Below are positions 19,274 to 29,589 of a DNA stretch of 37,373 bases, piece after piece. The stretch covers positions 1 through 37,373 of the forward strand of contig JBFLZG010000027.1 in assembly GCA_040756235.1 (NCBI GenBank). Direction: 5' to 3'. How positions within the stretch are numbered: the first letter of the stretch is position 1; each line of letters starts with the position of its first letter. A program made the position numbers and the translations under genes. The stretch comes from a bacterium (GTDB lineage: Bacteria; Desulfobacterota; DSWW01). The notes under the pieces were generated by a model. That model saw only the letters and a program-made list of their open reading frames with translations, was not told the origin of the DNA and made no database searches.

Positions 19274-20119
19274 ATGAAATGGAACTTGCGGAAATGCGTC
19301 CTGGTTTCCGGCGCGCTGCATCTGGTGATCTTCTGGGGCGCGGCATCTCTGTCGTCTTGGGGCGGGTCGAAGACGATCTACCGGCCCCAGTACCAGGTGC
19401 GGCTCGTGGGCATGGAGGAGATCGGCGGCTCCGCAGATGAGGGCAAGCAAACGCGGGAGGCCGCCAAACCCGCTCCGCCTCCGGAAAAGCCTGCTCCCAA
19501 GAAGCCGGAGGTGGCCGTGCCGGAGGAAAAACCCAAGCCGCCGGAGGAGAAGCCCAAGGCTCCGGAGGTGAAACAGGCCAAGGTCGCGCCGAGCCCCGAG
19601 AAGGACAAGCCCAAGCCGGAGGAACCCGCGAAGGCGGCCCCGGCCAAGGAAAAGACCGCCGAGCCGTCCGAGGCCAGTCGTTCCAAGGACGCCGATTCGG
19701 AAAAGGCGCTGAGCGACGTGCTGGCCAGGATCGAGAAGAAAGTCGCCCGGGCCGGCAAGGAAGGCTCCGGCGGCAGGCCGGGAGGCGGATCGTCGGGCTG
19801 GGATGACAGGCAGGCGGAGCTGCTTTACAGCTCCTATTACGATGAGGTCGAAAGCAGGGTGCGACAGAACTGGATCCCGCCCCAGAACTTCGATCCCAAT
19901 CGGGAGTCTCTGATGACCGTCGTTTCCCTGGCGCTGCTCCCGGACGGCAGGATCCAAAGCTCTTTCATCGAGCAGTCGTCGGGAAGCCCCTACTTCGATC
20001 AGTCGGTGATGAGAGCCATCCTGAAGTCCGACCCCTTTCCGCCCCCGCCGGTGGGCCTGAAGATGGAGAGCTTCGAGCTCGGTCTGCGATTCCACTCTTC
20101 GCCTTTTGCAGAATGGTGA
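19274..20119 (+). CDS. tolA: TolA
   Basis: N-terminal TM with S..LH, Pro/Lys/Glu-rich linker, TonB_C-like domain (W.PP, SSG...FD.S..RA); operon position. Confidence 0.85.
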   Translation: MKWNLRKCVLVSGALHLVIFWGAASLSSWGGSKTIYRPQYQVRLVGMEEIGGSADEGKQTREAAKPAPPPEKPAPKKPEVAVPEEKPKPPEEKPKAPEVKQAKVAPSPEKDKPKPEEPAKAAPAKEKTAEPSEASRSKDADSEKALSDVLARIEKKVARAGKEGSGGRPGGGSSGWDDRQAELLYSSYYDEVESRVRQNWIPPQNFDPNRESLMTVVSLALLPDGRIQSSFIEQSSGSPYFDQSVMRAILKSDPFPPPPVGLKMESFELGLRFHSSPFAEW

Positions 20120-21471
20120 ACAGGATGAGACGATCCGCTTCCACGCTGCTGGCGCCGGTCCTCGTGACGCTCGGCCTAGTCGGGCCGCCGGCTCTGGCGA
20201 AAACCTACATCGATATCGATTCCCCCGGCTTCCGGGGCCTTCCCGTGGCCGTGGTCCAGGTCGAGCCGGACCCGCAGAGTACTCCCTGCAAGGAACCGGG
20301 GCTTTCGGAGAAGATCACGAAGGTCCTTCTCCAGGACATGGATGTGTCCGGATACTTCCAGATCCTGCCTCCCGAGGCGTTCCTGGTGGAGGCCAAGGAT
20401 GTGAAGTTCGCTCCCGAGGGAGTCGATTTTCGGGCCTGGTCGCTCATCGGCGCGGAAGCGCTCATCCTTCACCGCACCTCCTGCGAACGGGACCAGGTCA
20501 TCTTCGAAGCCCAGCTGCTGGACGTATTGACGGGCAAGGTGCTCACCTGGAAGAGATATCGAAGCCCTGTCTCCGCCTATCGCGTAGTTGCCCACCGCTT
20601 CGCCAACGAGATCGAGCTGCAGCTCACCGGCCTGGCCGGCACCTACGACACGCGGGTCGCCTATGTGGCCAAGAGCCCGGGGGCGAAAGACTCGGGCAAA
20701 GAGCTGTATGTGATGGACTACGACGGCAACGGCGCCAAGCGGCTCTCGAGCCTGAAATCAATCTGCCTCTCCCCCTCGTGGTCTCCGGACGGGCGCAGGA
20801 TCGCCTTCACATCTTTTTACAAGACCAACCCGTCCGTTTACATTTTGGACATTGCAGGCGGGTCGGAGCTGCGCAGGCTCTGCGGGACCTTTTACCGACT
20901 GTGCTCCGGCGCCTCCTGGTCGCCGGACGGCAAGTGGGTCTCGTTTTCCGCCAGTATCAGCGGCAACTCGGAGCTTTTCCGGGTGCGTCTGGGGGACAGC
21001 GGCCCTCCGGCGCGCCTGACCGACGACTGGGGGATCGATGTGTCGCCTTCCTGGTCACCGGACGGAAAGCAGATTGCATTTGTATCCGACCGCGCCGGCA
21101 GGCCGGATCTGTACGTGCTCACGCCCGAAGACGGGACGACGCGCAGGCTCACGTTCGAAGGCTCTTACAACGCCGATCCGGACTGGTCCCCCAGAGGGGA
21201 CTGGATCGTCTTCGCCGGCCGGGTGGACGGCGAGTTCCAGATCTTCCGGATTCGCCCGGACGGGACGCAAAGGACGCAGCTGACCTATGCGCCCGGCAAC
21301 GGCATCAGCCCGAGCTTCTCTCCCAACGGGAGATTGGTGGCGTTCAGCTCCAATCAGGCGGGTCCGTACGAAATCTATCTGATCCGGGCGGACGGCTCCG
21401 GAAGGAAGCGGATCACGCTGGAAGGGCGCGATGCCTCGGACCCTTCCTGGGGTCCGCTCACTTCCGACTGA
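20113..21471 (+). CDS. tolB: TolB
   Basis: Signal peptide, AHRFAN, MDYDG, repeated PSWSPDG (PD40) motifs. Confidence 0.93.
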   Translation: MVNRMRRSASTLLAPVLVTLGLVGPPALAKTYIDIDSPGFRGLPVAVVQVEPDPQSTPCKEPGLSEKITKVLLQDMDVSGYFQILPPEAFLVEAKDVKFAPEGVDFRAWSLIGAEALILHRTSCERDQVIFEAQLLDVLTGKVLTWKRYRSPVSAYRVVAHRFANEIELQLTGLAGTYDTRVAYVAKSPGAKDSGKELYVMDYDGNGAKRLSSLKSICLSPSWSPDGRRIAFTSFYKTNPSVYILDIAGGSELRRLCGTFYRLCSGASWSPDGKWVSFSASISGNSELFRVRLGDSGPPARLTDDWGIDVSPSWSPDGKQIAFVSDRAGRPDLYVLTPEDGTTRRLTFEGSYNADPDWSPRGDWIVFAGRVDGEFQIFRIRPDGTQRTQLTYAPGNGISPSFSPNGRLVAFSSNQAGPYEIYLIRADGSGRKRITLEGRDASDPSWGPLTSD

Positions 21472-21631
21472 CCGGACGAAAGGCTTTGAAACCGAGCTAT
21501 TGTGATTGCAGAACTGCTGTGATAGATTCAGCCGGCCGAATTCGAATGAAACGGGTGTTTCATTCTCGTCGGCGGGAGTTCTCAACCACCTAGGCTGTGC
21601 CCAGCCAAACGGGCGAAAGGGGAGGAGAGAA

Positions 21632-22177
21632 ATGGTCGGGAAGAAGAGTGTACGGATCTTGCTGAGTCTCATCTGTGTGGGGATCCTCGCCATCGGGGTC
21701 GTATCCTGCGCCAAGAAGACGACGACTCCGGCGGTGACGGAGACCGAGCCGAGGCCCGCGGTCGAGCCCGAGGCTCCTGCCGTAGAGCCGGCGCCCGAGG
21801 CTGCCCCTGAGGAGATGTCGGCCGAGGCCAAGGCGCAGTCCCAGCTGCAGGACGTGTTTTTTGATTTTGACAAGTACAACATCCGGACCGATGCCAGAGA
21901 CACGCTCAGGATGGATTACGAGGTCCTCCAGACCGTTCCCGATGCCTCGATCCAGATCGAGGGGCACTGCGACGAGCGCGGCACCTCGGAATACAACCTG
22001 GCCCTTGGCCAGCGGCGCGCCGACGCGGCGAAGGACTACCTGGTCGGCCTCGGGATGTCCGGCGGCAAGATCAGCACGATCAGCTACGGCAAAGAGCGGC
22101 CGATCGACCCCGGGCACGACGAAGCGGCCTGGGCCCAGAACCGCAGGGCTCACATCGCGATCCAGGGCGCCATGTAA
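21632..22177 (+). CDS. pal: Peptidoglycan-associated lipoprotein
   Basis: Lipobox VVSC, FDFD, EGHCDERG..EYNLALG.RRA, SYGKERP, NRR. Confidence 0.95.
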   Translation: MVGKKSVRILLSLICVGILAIGVVSCAKKTTTPAVTETEPRPAVEPEAPAVEPAPEAAPEEMSAEAKAQSQLQDVFFDFDKYNIRTDARDTLRMDYEVLQTVPDASIQIEGHCDERGTSEYNLALGQRRADAAKDYLVGLGMSGGKISTISYGKERPIDPGHDEAAWAQNRRAHIAIQGAM

Positions 22178-22362
22178 CGTGACAGCCCGGTAAGCGACGC
22201 AGTCGTTCTTTCGAATCTGTTCTTTTGAGCAAGGGGGGTGCCAGGAGCCTTCACGGCTCCTGGGCAGGCTGGGCAGGGGGTTTCCTGGCTGGGGGCAAGG
22301 GAAGGAATTTCCGACCCGGTCCCCCAGGGCCTGCGACGCCCCCCTTGCCTGCGCATGGGGCC

Positions 22363-22482
22363 AGGCCGTTGAAAAAGGCCCATCTGCTGCGTTGCGCTCG
22401 TTTGTCGTCACTGCGGCGTACCTGAGTACGCCTCGTTCCTCAAACTTCGCGCGCCTTGCATCTGGACCTTTTTGAACGGCCT
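22363..22482. mobile_element. About 120-bp MITE-like element
   Basis: Terminal inverted repeats ccaggccgttgaaaaagg (22361-22378) and cctttttgaacggcctgg (22467-22484), 17/18 match; second copy at 1-76. Confidence 0.8.
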
Positions 22483-22522
22483 GGGCAGAGGCAAGGTTGA
22501 AACGGGTCAGAGGAGCTTGAAA

Positions 22523-23641
22523 ATGGGTGCTGCCCGAACCATCGTTTTCCCCGCATTGGGGCTCCTGCTGCTCGCCGGGTGCGTGTCCAAGGGCCAGTTT
22601 CTGGCAGCGCAGGACCGGGTCCGTGCGCTGGAGCTGCAGCTCCAGGAATTGCAGGCGAGCCAATCCAGGGCGGCGACCGATACGGGAGACATCCGGGGAG
22701 GCCAGGCGGACATCAAGGCCGATATGCTCGATCTTCACTCGGAAATCCAGCAGCTCAGAGGCGAGCTCTCCACGGTCGGCCATCAGAAGGAAGTCGACCA
22801 GAAGGAGAGGGGGGCGCTGGAACAATCGCTTGCCTTCCAGATGAACCACCTGATGAGCCAGATGCAGTCTCTCGAGGCGAGGATGGCCCAGATCGAAGAT
22901 TTCTTCGGCCTCAAGGCCAAGACTCCCCCGGGCGCACAGGGGAGAAGGGAGAGGAGGCCGCCCCCTCCGGAAGGCGTCCAAGGGGCACCTCAACCGACTC
23001 CGCCGGAGTCCGCTCCGCCGACGTCTGCTCCGCCCGCTCCCGCTGAGGCCCTGCCTCCTGCGGCCGCAGAGGAGCAGCGGAGCGGTCCTGCTGCTGCGGA
23101 GCCGGGTGGCGAGGCCGGGGCCGTAGCCGTCCCCCAGCCGCAGCTGCCCGACGTCGAGCCGCCTCCTGAGCCTCAAGCAGCCCCCCAGCCGCTCACCGCA
23201 GAGGAGTCTTACAACCTGGCTCAGCACCTTTACCAGGCCAAGAAGTTCGAGACCTCTCGTACGGCCTTCGAGCAGTTCATCCAGCGCCATCCGGACTCCC
23301 ACCTGGTCGGCAATGCCAGGTTCTGGATCGGGGAGACTTACTATCAAACCGGAGACTACGAGAGGGCCATCGTTGCCTATCAAAAGGTACTGGAAGACCG
23401 CCGCAAGAGCGCCAAGGCACCGGACGCTCTTCTGAAGATCGGGTTCGCCCTGGCACAGATGGGAGAGAACACGGCCTCCATTGCCGCGCTGGAGAAGCTC
23501 TTGCGCGAATATCCGCAGTCTCCCCAGGTCAAACTGGCCAACGAGAAGCTCAAGCTGCTGAAGACCAAAGGGGGAACGGGCAAGGCCCAAGGCAATGAAG
23601 GGAAACAGCAGAGCTCCGAAAAAAAGAAGAGCCCTCAGTAA
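22523..23641 (+). CDS. cpoB: CpoB/YbgF, lipoprotein form with a long Pro/Ala linker
   Basis: Lipobox LAGC, coiled coil, TPR (NARFWIGE.YY, KAPDALLKIG, YPQS); follows pal. Confidence 0.88.
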   Translation: MGAARTIVFPALGLLLLAGCVSKGQFLAAQDRVRALELQLQELQASQSRAATDTGDIRGGQADIKADMLDLHSEIQQLRGELSTVGHQKEVDQKERGALEQSLAFQMNHLMSQMQSLEARMAQIEDFFGLKAKTPPGAQGRRERRPPPPEGVQGAPQPTPPESAPPTSAPPAPAEALPPAAAEEQRSGPAAAEPGGEAGAVAVPQPQLPDVEPPPEPQAAPQPLTAEESYNLAQHLYQAKKFETSRTAFEQFIQRHPDSHLVGNARFWIGETYYQTGDYERAIVAYQKVLEDRRKSAKAPDALLKIGFALAQMGENTASIAALEKLLREYPQSPQVKLANEKLKLLKTKGGTGKAQGNEGKQQSSEKKKSPQ

Positions 23642-26111
23642 GGGAATCCTCCTGTTTCGAAAGACCCGTCCAAGGGGATCTCCCTCCCCTTCCCGCGACC
23701 GAACATCCAGCCCGAGGCAGCGGAAGAAGAGTTCGAGCGCCGACCAGAGAAGGGCGCCTTCACGCCGGCGCCGCACCATCGCCCGGCGGGCCTTCCTGTG
23801 CGTCATGCTGCTGGCTCTGGCGGGGCTCGCCGTCTATTCGGTCAAGCTCGACCGGCAGATCGTCGACCGTTTCGAAGGGAAGCGCTGGCGGCTGCCTTCC
23901 AAGATCTACTCCGATGCGTTCACGCTTTACCCCGGCCTCTCGCTGGAGGGGGCTCACCTCACGGAGAGACTGCGCCGCCTGGGGTATCAGACCGGGCGGG
24001 GGAAGACTCTCGCGGAAGGGGAGCACCGGACCGGCACCGGTTTCATCGACCTCTACCTCCACGATTTTCGCTACCCCGGAGCCCACTTCGAAGGCATGCC
24101 GGTGCGGCTCGAGACCGGGGACGGAACGATCCGCCGGCTGAAGAACCTGGATACTTCGGCCGAGCTTTCCTCCGTGGATCTCGAGCCGGAGCTGATCACC
24201 GGATTGTTCGAAAAGGTTTGGGAGGAACGCAGGATCGTAGCCCTGGAAGAGGTGCCGGAGGTGGCGGTCAACGCCGTGATCGCCATCGAGGACCATCGCT
24301 TCTACCGCCACTTCGGGCTCGATCTGCCGGCGGTCGTGCGGGCCGCCCTGGCGAACTTCCGGGAGGGCAGGATCGTCGAGGGAGGCAGTACGCTCACCCA
24401 GCAGCTCGTGAAGAACTTCTTCCTGACTCCACGGAAGTCCCTGTGGCGCAAGGCGCAGGAGGCCCTCATGGCCGTGCTGGTGGAGCTTCGCTACTCGAAG
24501 TCCCAGATCCTGGAAGCCTACCTCAACGAGATCTACTTCGGGCAGAGGGGATGGCAAGGGATCTACGGCATCGGAGAGGCCGCGGAATTCTACTTCGGCA
24601 AGCCCATCGACAAATGCGGGCTCGAGCAGGCCGCGGTGCTTGCGGCCCTCATTCGCTCTCCGGGAGCATACTCTCCCTTCAAGAAGGAGGAGAGGATCCG
24701 AGACAGGCGGGACCGGGTCCTCAGGAGAATGTGGGAGCTCGGCATGATCGCCGAATCCGCTTACAGGGAAGGCGTCGACCGGCCCGTCGAAGTGCGGCCT
24801 TTCGTGCCTCAGGGCAACGACGCTCCCTATTTCGTCTCCTATCTGCTCAAGGAGCTGGAGCAGGATTATTCGATCGACATGCTGACCTCCGAGGGGCTGA
24901 GGATTTTCACGACCCTGGACGTGGAAATGCAGAGGCTCGCCACAAAGTGCGTGCAGGAAGGGATCCAGCGGCTGGAGCAGCGCTACCCGTCTCAGCTCCG
25001 GAGCGCCTCCGGTGCGCCGGAGGATGAGCTGCAGGGGGCGTTCGTGGCCCTGCAGCCGCACACCGGCTATGTGCGGGCGCTGGTCGGGGGCAGGGACTAC
25101 AGGAAGAGCCGTTACAACCGAGCCGTGCAGGCGCGCAGGCAGCCGGGCAGCCTGTTCAAACCGTTCGTCTACCTCGCCGCCCTGGAGCAGGGCGCCGGCC
25201 GCAAACCGGATTACACGCCTTCCTCGATCCTCCCGGACGAGCCGTTGGAGGTGCGGTATGACGGCAAGAGATGGAGCCCGCGGAACTTCAAGGAGCAGTA
25301 TTTTGGCGACGTCACCCTGAGGACCTCTCTCGAGCAGTCGATGAACTGCGCCACGGTATGGCTGAGTCAGCAGATCGGGCTGGAGCGCATCCTCGGCGTG
25401 GCGGCAAAGCTGAGGCTCCCGGTGCCTGCGGCCGCGGGACCCTCGGTGGTCCTCGGCGCCTTCGAGGCCACCCCGCTGGAAATGGCTTCCGCCTACGGAA
25501 CCCTGGCCAACCAGGGCGTCCGCTGCACCCCTCTGGTGATCCGCAAGGTGCTGGACAAAGACGGGACGACGCTGAAGCGCAAGGGCCTGGAGCTCGAGCA
25601 GGTCGCATCCGCCCAGGCCTGCTACCTGCTGACCCATCTGCTGGAGGGAGTGTTCCAGCGCGGCACCGCCCGCGGGGTGGGGCGGGAGATCCCCGTTGCG
25701 GCGGCGGGCAAGACGGGCACGACGAACGACTACAGGGACGCGTGGTTTGCCGGCTACACGCCGCGCCTTGTGGCTCTCGCCTGGGTCGGCTTCGACACGC
25801 CCCGCAGCACCGGGCTTTCCGGGGCCCAGGCCGCGCTGCCGATATGGTGCGAGTTCATGAAAGTGGCGTCTTCGGGGCTCCCCAGGGAGGACTTCGTACC
25901 TCCGCCCGGCATCGTATTTCACAAAATCGATCGACTGAACGGCCTGCTCGCCACCCCCAACTGTCCGGATACGGTCGAAGAGGCCTTCCTGGAGGGAACA
26001 GGGCCATCGGAGCTGTGCCCGCTGCACCCCGACAACGGTGCGCACGAAGAAGGGAGCGGCGGAGGGAACGAGCAAGGCGTGCTCAGAAAGATCTTTGATC
26101 TTTTCCGTTGA
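23595..26111 (+). CDS. mrcB: Class A penicillin-binding protein PBP1B
   Basis: TM, UB2H-like segment, GT motifs (EDHRF, GGSTLTQQLVK, RKAQE, YLN), TP motifs SLFK, SMN, KTGT. Confidence 0.9.
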   Translation: MKGNSRAPKKRRALSKGILLFRKTRPRGSPSPSRDRTSSPRQRKKSSSADQRRAPSRRRRTIARRAFLCVMLLALAGLAVYSVKLDRQIVDRFEGKRWRLPSKIYSDAFTLYPGLSLEGAHLTERLRRLGYQTGRGKTLAEGEHRTGTGFIDLYLHDFRYPGAHFEGMPVRLETGDGTIRRLKNLDTSAELSSVDLEPELITGLFEKVWEERRIVALEEVPEVAVNAVIAIEDHRFYRHFGLDLPAVVRAALANFREGRIVEGGSTLTQQLVKNFFLTPRKSLWRKAQEALMAVLVELRYSKSQILEAYLNEIYFGQRGWQGIYGIGEAAEFYFGKPIDKCGLEQAAVLAALIRSPGAYSPFKKEERIRDRRDRVLRRMWELGMIAESAYREGVDRPVEVRPFVPQGNDAPYFVSYLLKELEQDYSIDMLTSEGLRIFTTLDVEMQRLATKCVQEGIQRLEQRYPSQLRSASGAPEDELQGAFVALQPHTGYVRALVGGRDYRKSRYNRAVQARRQPGSLFKPFVYLAALEQGAGRKPDYTPSSILPDEPLEVRYDGKRWSPRNFKEQYFGDVTLRTSLEQSMNCATVWLSQQIGLERILGVAAKLRLPVPAAAGPSVVLGAFEATPLEMASAYGTLANQGVRCTPLVIRKVLDKDGTTLKRKGLELEQVASAQACYLLTHLLEGVFQRGTARGVGREIPVAAAGKTGTTNDYRDAWFAGYTPRLVALAWVGFDTPRSTGLSGAQAALPIWCEFMKVASSGLPREDFVPPPGIVFHKIDRLNGLLATPNCPDTVEEAFLEGTGPSELCPLHPDNGAHEEGSGGGNEQGVLRKIFDLFR

Positions 26112-26298
26112 GCCACTTCTCCGCCGCCGCGGCCGGGCCGGATCCTGGCGCCTCCGACCGAGGGGCCGGCCTTCGCTGGACTCGAATCCCATCGACCTCT
26201 AAGATATAAGCGATTACGTTCTACAGGAGGAGGAAGCGAGACTCAAGCGGGACCGCTACGGCCCGGGGATCTCATTTTCCGGCGAGGAGGATAGGCTC

Positions 26299-26736
26299 AT
26301 GGATCGGGTTTCCAGAACCATGAAGGTCCAGTTGCAGAGAGGCCAGAGACAGGAATGCTGCTATGACCCGTTCGGCGACCAGCGGTTTGCCTCCAGGACC
26401 ACCTGGACACCGAACACGGACATCGTGGAAACGGAACGGTCCGTGGTGATTCTCATGGAACTGGCAGGCATGGACAGGGAAGCCGTGCAGGTCGTCTGCG
26501 AGGGCGATCTGCTGCGCATCTCCGGAGTGCGGACCCGGAGGAAGATCCAGGAGGCCAAACGCTTCCATCGGATGGAAATCGACTACGGGCCGTTTGAGAA
26601 GCTCTTCCGGATCCCGGCGGACCTCGAAGTCGATGAAATCAAGGCGGAATATCAGAACGGGTTCTTGGAGGTGACCCTCCCCAAGAAGAAAGAGGAAGAG
26701 GCGAGACGGCTCGTGGTGATATACGAAGAAGGTTAA
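26299..26736 (+). CDS. Hsp20 small heat-shock protein
   Basis: P.TDI.E, LAGM, ISG.R, YGPF, AEYQNGFLEVTLPK. Confidence 0.9.
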   Translation: MDRVSRTMKVQLQRGQRQECCYDPFGDQRFASRTTWTPNTDIVETERSVVILMELAGMDREAVQVVCEGDLLRISGVRTRRKIQEAKRFHRMEIDYGPFEKLFRIPADLEVDEIKAEYQNGFLEVTLPKKKEEEARRLVVIYEEG

Positions 26737-26752
26737 GAGAGGGAGATCGAGC

Positions 26753-29122
26753 ATGGAGCTTCCAAGCGACTTGCGGATACCTGCCGGCAAGGAGGACAAG
26801 GAAGAGGCCCCGATCCCTGACGAGCTCTCCATCCTGCCCCTGTCCGGCGTCGTCCTGTTCCCGCGGATCGTGGTCCCCCTCATGGTGGGCCAGGAGAACT
26901 ACGTCCAGCTCGTGGATGAGGCGGTGATGTCCGATCGCCTCATCGGGGTTGCCGCGAGCCGCCAGAAGCCGGACGAGGAGCCTTCGCCGGAAAGCCTCTA
27001 CCGCGTCGGGACCGCTGCCAAGATCCTGAAGATGATGAAGCTGCCTACCGGCGGCGTGAGCTTTCTCGTCCAGGGGATCACGCGCATCCGGATCCATGAA
27101 TTCACCCGGAGAACACCCTATCTGACCGCCCGGGTGACCCGTCTCGAGGAAGTGGGGTCCGCGGACCCGGACATCGAGGCCTTTCAGAACAGCCTGAAGC
27201 AGATGTTTCAAAAGCTGGCCGAGCTGCTGCCGAATTTCCCGGGGCCGTTGCTCGCCACGGCCATGGGCATCCAGGAGCCGGGCAGGCTGGCCGACCTGGT
27301 GTGTGCGAACCTGCCCCTCAATCTGGAGGAACACCAGAGCATCCTGGAGGAACTGCACATCCGGGAGCGAATCCGGGCCGTCATGGTGTTCCTCAATCGC
27401 GAGATCCAGAAGAGCGAGATCAACAAGAAGATCCAGGAAGAGGTCGAGAGCGAGGCCGGCGAGGAGCAGCGCAAGTACATCCTGCAGAAACAGCTCAAGA
27501 AGATCCAGGAGGAGCTGGGGCAGAAGGACGAGAAGACGATCGAAGTCGAGATGCTTCGCTCCAAGATCGCGGATGCGAAGATGCCGCCGGAGGTGGAGAA
27601 GGTGGCTCAAAAGGAGGTCGACCGCCTCGGCATGATGAATCCGGCGGCGCCGGAGTACTCGGTGTCCAGGACCTATTTGGACTGGCTGATCGAGATGCCC
27701 TGGTCCCAGTCCACCGAGGACCGGCTGGACGTGACGGAAGCCGCCAAGGTGCTGGATGCCGACCACTACGATCTGGATAGAGTGAAGAGAAGAATCCTCG
27801 AATACCTTTCCGTCCGCAAGCTCAAGGAAGACATGCGCGGACCGATCCTCTGCTTCGCAGGGCCTCCCGGCGTGGGGAAGACGTCCCTGGGCAGATCGAT
27901 CGCGCGCGCCATGGGTCGGAAGTTTCACCGCATCTCCCTGGGCGGCATGCGGGACGAGGCCGAGATCCGCGGGCACAGGCGTACCTACGTGGGCGCCCTG
28001 CCGGGCCGGATCGTACAGGGCCTGCGCAAGGTCGGAACGAACAACCCGGTGTTCATGCTGGACGAGATCGACAAGGTGGGATCTGACTTTCGGGGGGACC
28101 CCTCTTCCGCGCTCCTCGAGGTCCTCGACCCGGAGCAGAACTTCAGCTTCTCGGACCATTACATGGAGGTCCCCATCGACCTCTCCAAAGTCTTCTTCAT
28201 CACGACCGCCAACGTTCTGGAGACGATTCCTCCGGCCCTGCGGGACCGGATGGAGGTCCTGGAATTGCCGGGGTACACGGAAGAGGAGAAGCTCCTCATC
28301 GCCCGCAACTTTCTCTTCCCCAAGCAGTTGCGCGAGAACGGCCTCACGCCGGCCCAGCTCGAAGTCACGGAAGAGGCCCTTGCCAGGGTCATCCGGGACT
28401 ACACGAGAGAGGCCGGTGTCCGGAACCTGGAGCGGGAGATGGCCGGGGTGTGCCGCGGAGTGGCGCGCCAGGTCGCCGAAGGCAAGAGCGAGCCGACGCG
28501 TGTGGACGCGGGTGATTTGAAGACCTATCTGGGCCCCCAGCGGTTCTTCTCCGAGGTGGCGGAGCGGATGACGGCCCCGGGCATCGCCACCGGGCTGGCC
28601 TGGACGCCCACAGGGGGGGACATCCTGTTCGTGGAAGCCACCCGCATGGAGGGCAGGAAGAACCTGATCCTGACCGGCCAGCTCGGGGACGTCATGAAGG
28701 AGAGCGCCCAGGCAGCCATGAGCTACATCCGGTCCAGGGCGGGAGAGTTCGGGATACCGAAGAAGTTCTTCGAAGGCACGGATATCCACCTGCACGTGCC
28801 CGCGGGCGCCATCAAGAAGGACGGCCCGTCCGCGGGGGTCACCATGGTGGTTGCCCTGGCAAGTCTGCTCACCGATCGAAGGGTGCGTTCCGACCTGGCC
28901 ATGACGGGCGAGATCACTCTGCGCGGCAAGGTCCTTCCCGTGGGCGGGATCAAGGACAAGGTGCTGGCCGCGCGCCGCTCCGGGATCAACAACGTGATCC
29001 TTCCGAAACTGAACGAGAAAGACCTGGAGGAGCTGCCCGAGAAGGCGCGCCAGGAGATGCGCTTCGTACTGGTCGACAGCATCGATGAGGCCGTAGGCGC
29101 AGCCCTGGAGCGAGCCGCGTGA
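26753..29122 (+). CDS. lon: ATP-dependent Lon protease
   Basis: [37 protein letters not shown]. Confidence 0.97.
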   Translation: MELPSDLRIPAGKEDKEEAPIPDELSILPLSGVVLFPRIVVPLMVGQENYVQLVDEAVMSDRLIGVAASRQKPDEEPSPESLYRVGTAAKILKMMKLPTGGVSFLVQGITRIRIHEFTRRTPYLTARVTRLEEVGSADPDIEAFQNSLKQMFQKLAELLPNFPGPLLATAMGIQEPGRLADLVCANLPLNLEEHQSILEELHIRERIRAVMVFLNREIQKSEINKKIQEEVESEAGEEQRKYILQKQLKKIQEELGQKDEKTIEVEMLRSKIADAKMPPEVEKVAQKEVDRLGMMNPAAPEYSVSRTYLDWLIEMPWSQSTEDRLDVTEAAKVLDADHYDLDRVKRRILEYLSVRKLKEDMRGPILCFAGPPGVGKTSLGRSIARAMGRKFHRISLGGMRDEAEIRGHRRTYVGALPGRIVQGLRKVGTNNPVFMLDEIDKVGSDFRGDPSSALLEVLDPEQNFSFSDHYMEVPIDLSKVFFITTANVLETIPPALRDRMEVLELPGYTEEEKLLIARNFLFPKQLRENGLTPAQLEVTEEALARVIRDYTREAGVRNLEREMAGVCRGVARQVAEGKSEPTRVDAGDLKTYLGPQRFFSEVAERMTAPGIATGLAWTPTGGDILFVEATRMEGRKNLILTGQLGDVMKESAQAAMSYIRSRAGEFGIPKKFFEGTDIHLHVPAGAIKKDGPSAGVTMVVALASLLTDRRVRSDLAMTGEITLRGKVLPVGGIKDKVLAARRSGINNVILPKLNEKDLEELPEKARQEMRFVLVDSIDEAVGAALERAA

Positions 29123-29134
29123 GCGAGCCGTGGG

Positions 29135-29185
29135 AGCACTCGGTAGGGTGGACTGAGCCGCAGGCGTGTCCACCAACCACGGCTG
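29135..29185 (+). repeat. GTAG-type REP-like repeat, copy 1
   Basis: GTAG-GGTGGAC...GTCCACC; 51 bp, 2 mismatches to 29444-29494. Confidence 0.8.
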
Positions 29186-29443
29186 AGTGCGGTGGGTGCA
29201 CCGCCCTCGATCGGCTCGGGCTCAGAACGCTCCGGCCCTTCTCCTCCCATGGGTCGGAGACTGCCGCCCTTCGGCCGCATCGGCTTTTTCGTCCCTCGTC
29301 CTTGGCCGGGTGTATCGGGATACACGAGCCTGGCGGCTTCGGTATTCGAGAAACAACGCTGCGTTCCACCGGCCTGCGGAACTCGGGACGGCCTCCGCGA
29401 CTCGCCCTCGCCTCCTCGCGCGGACACCCGCCGCGCTCAGGGC

Positions 29444-29494
29444 AGCACTCGGTAGGGTGGACTAAGCCGCAGGCGTGTCCACCAACCGCGGCTG
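29444..29494 (+). repeat. GTAG-type REP-like repeat, copy 2
   Basis: Direct repeat of 29135-29185. Confidence 0.8.
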
Positions 29495-29589
29495 GAAATC
29501 GCGAGCGTGACGATCCGCCGTCCCGAGCGCAGCGAGGGACCTTCCGGTGCCGATCTGCGATCGCATCGCGGTGCGTTGCCAGGTTAGGT

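Noticed and set aside
23760..29176. Long antisense ORFs (810 aa and 845 aa) and similar shadow ORFs throughout the window
   Set aside because: They mirror mrcB, lon and other real genes, as expected from high-GC codon bias, and show no protein motifs
29119..29589. N-terminal extension of the 334-aa ORF
   Set aside because: It is translated repeat DNA (HSVGWT.PQACPPT twice); the lipoprotein signal starts later
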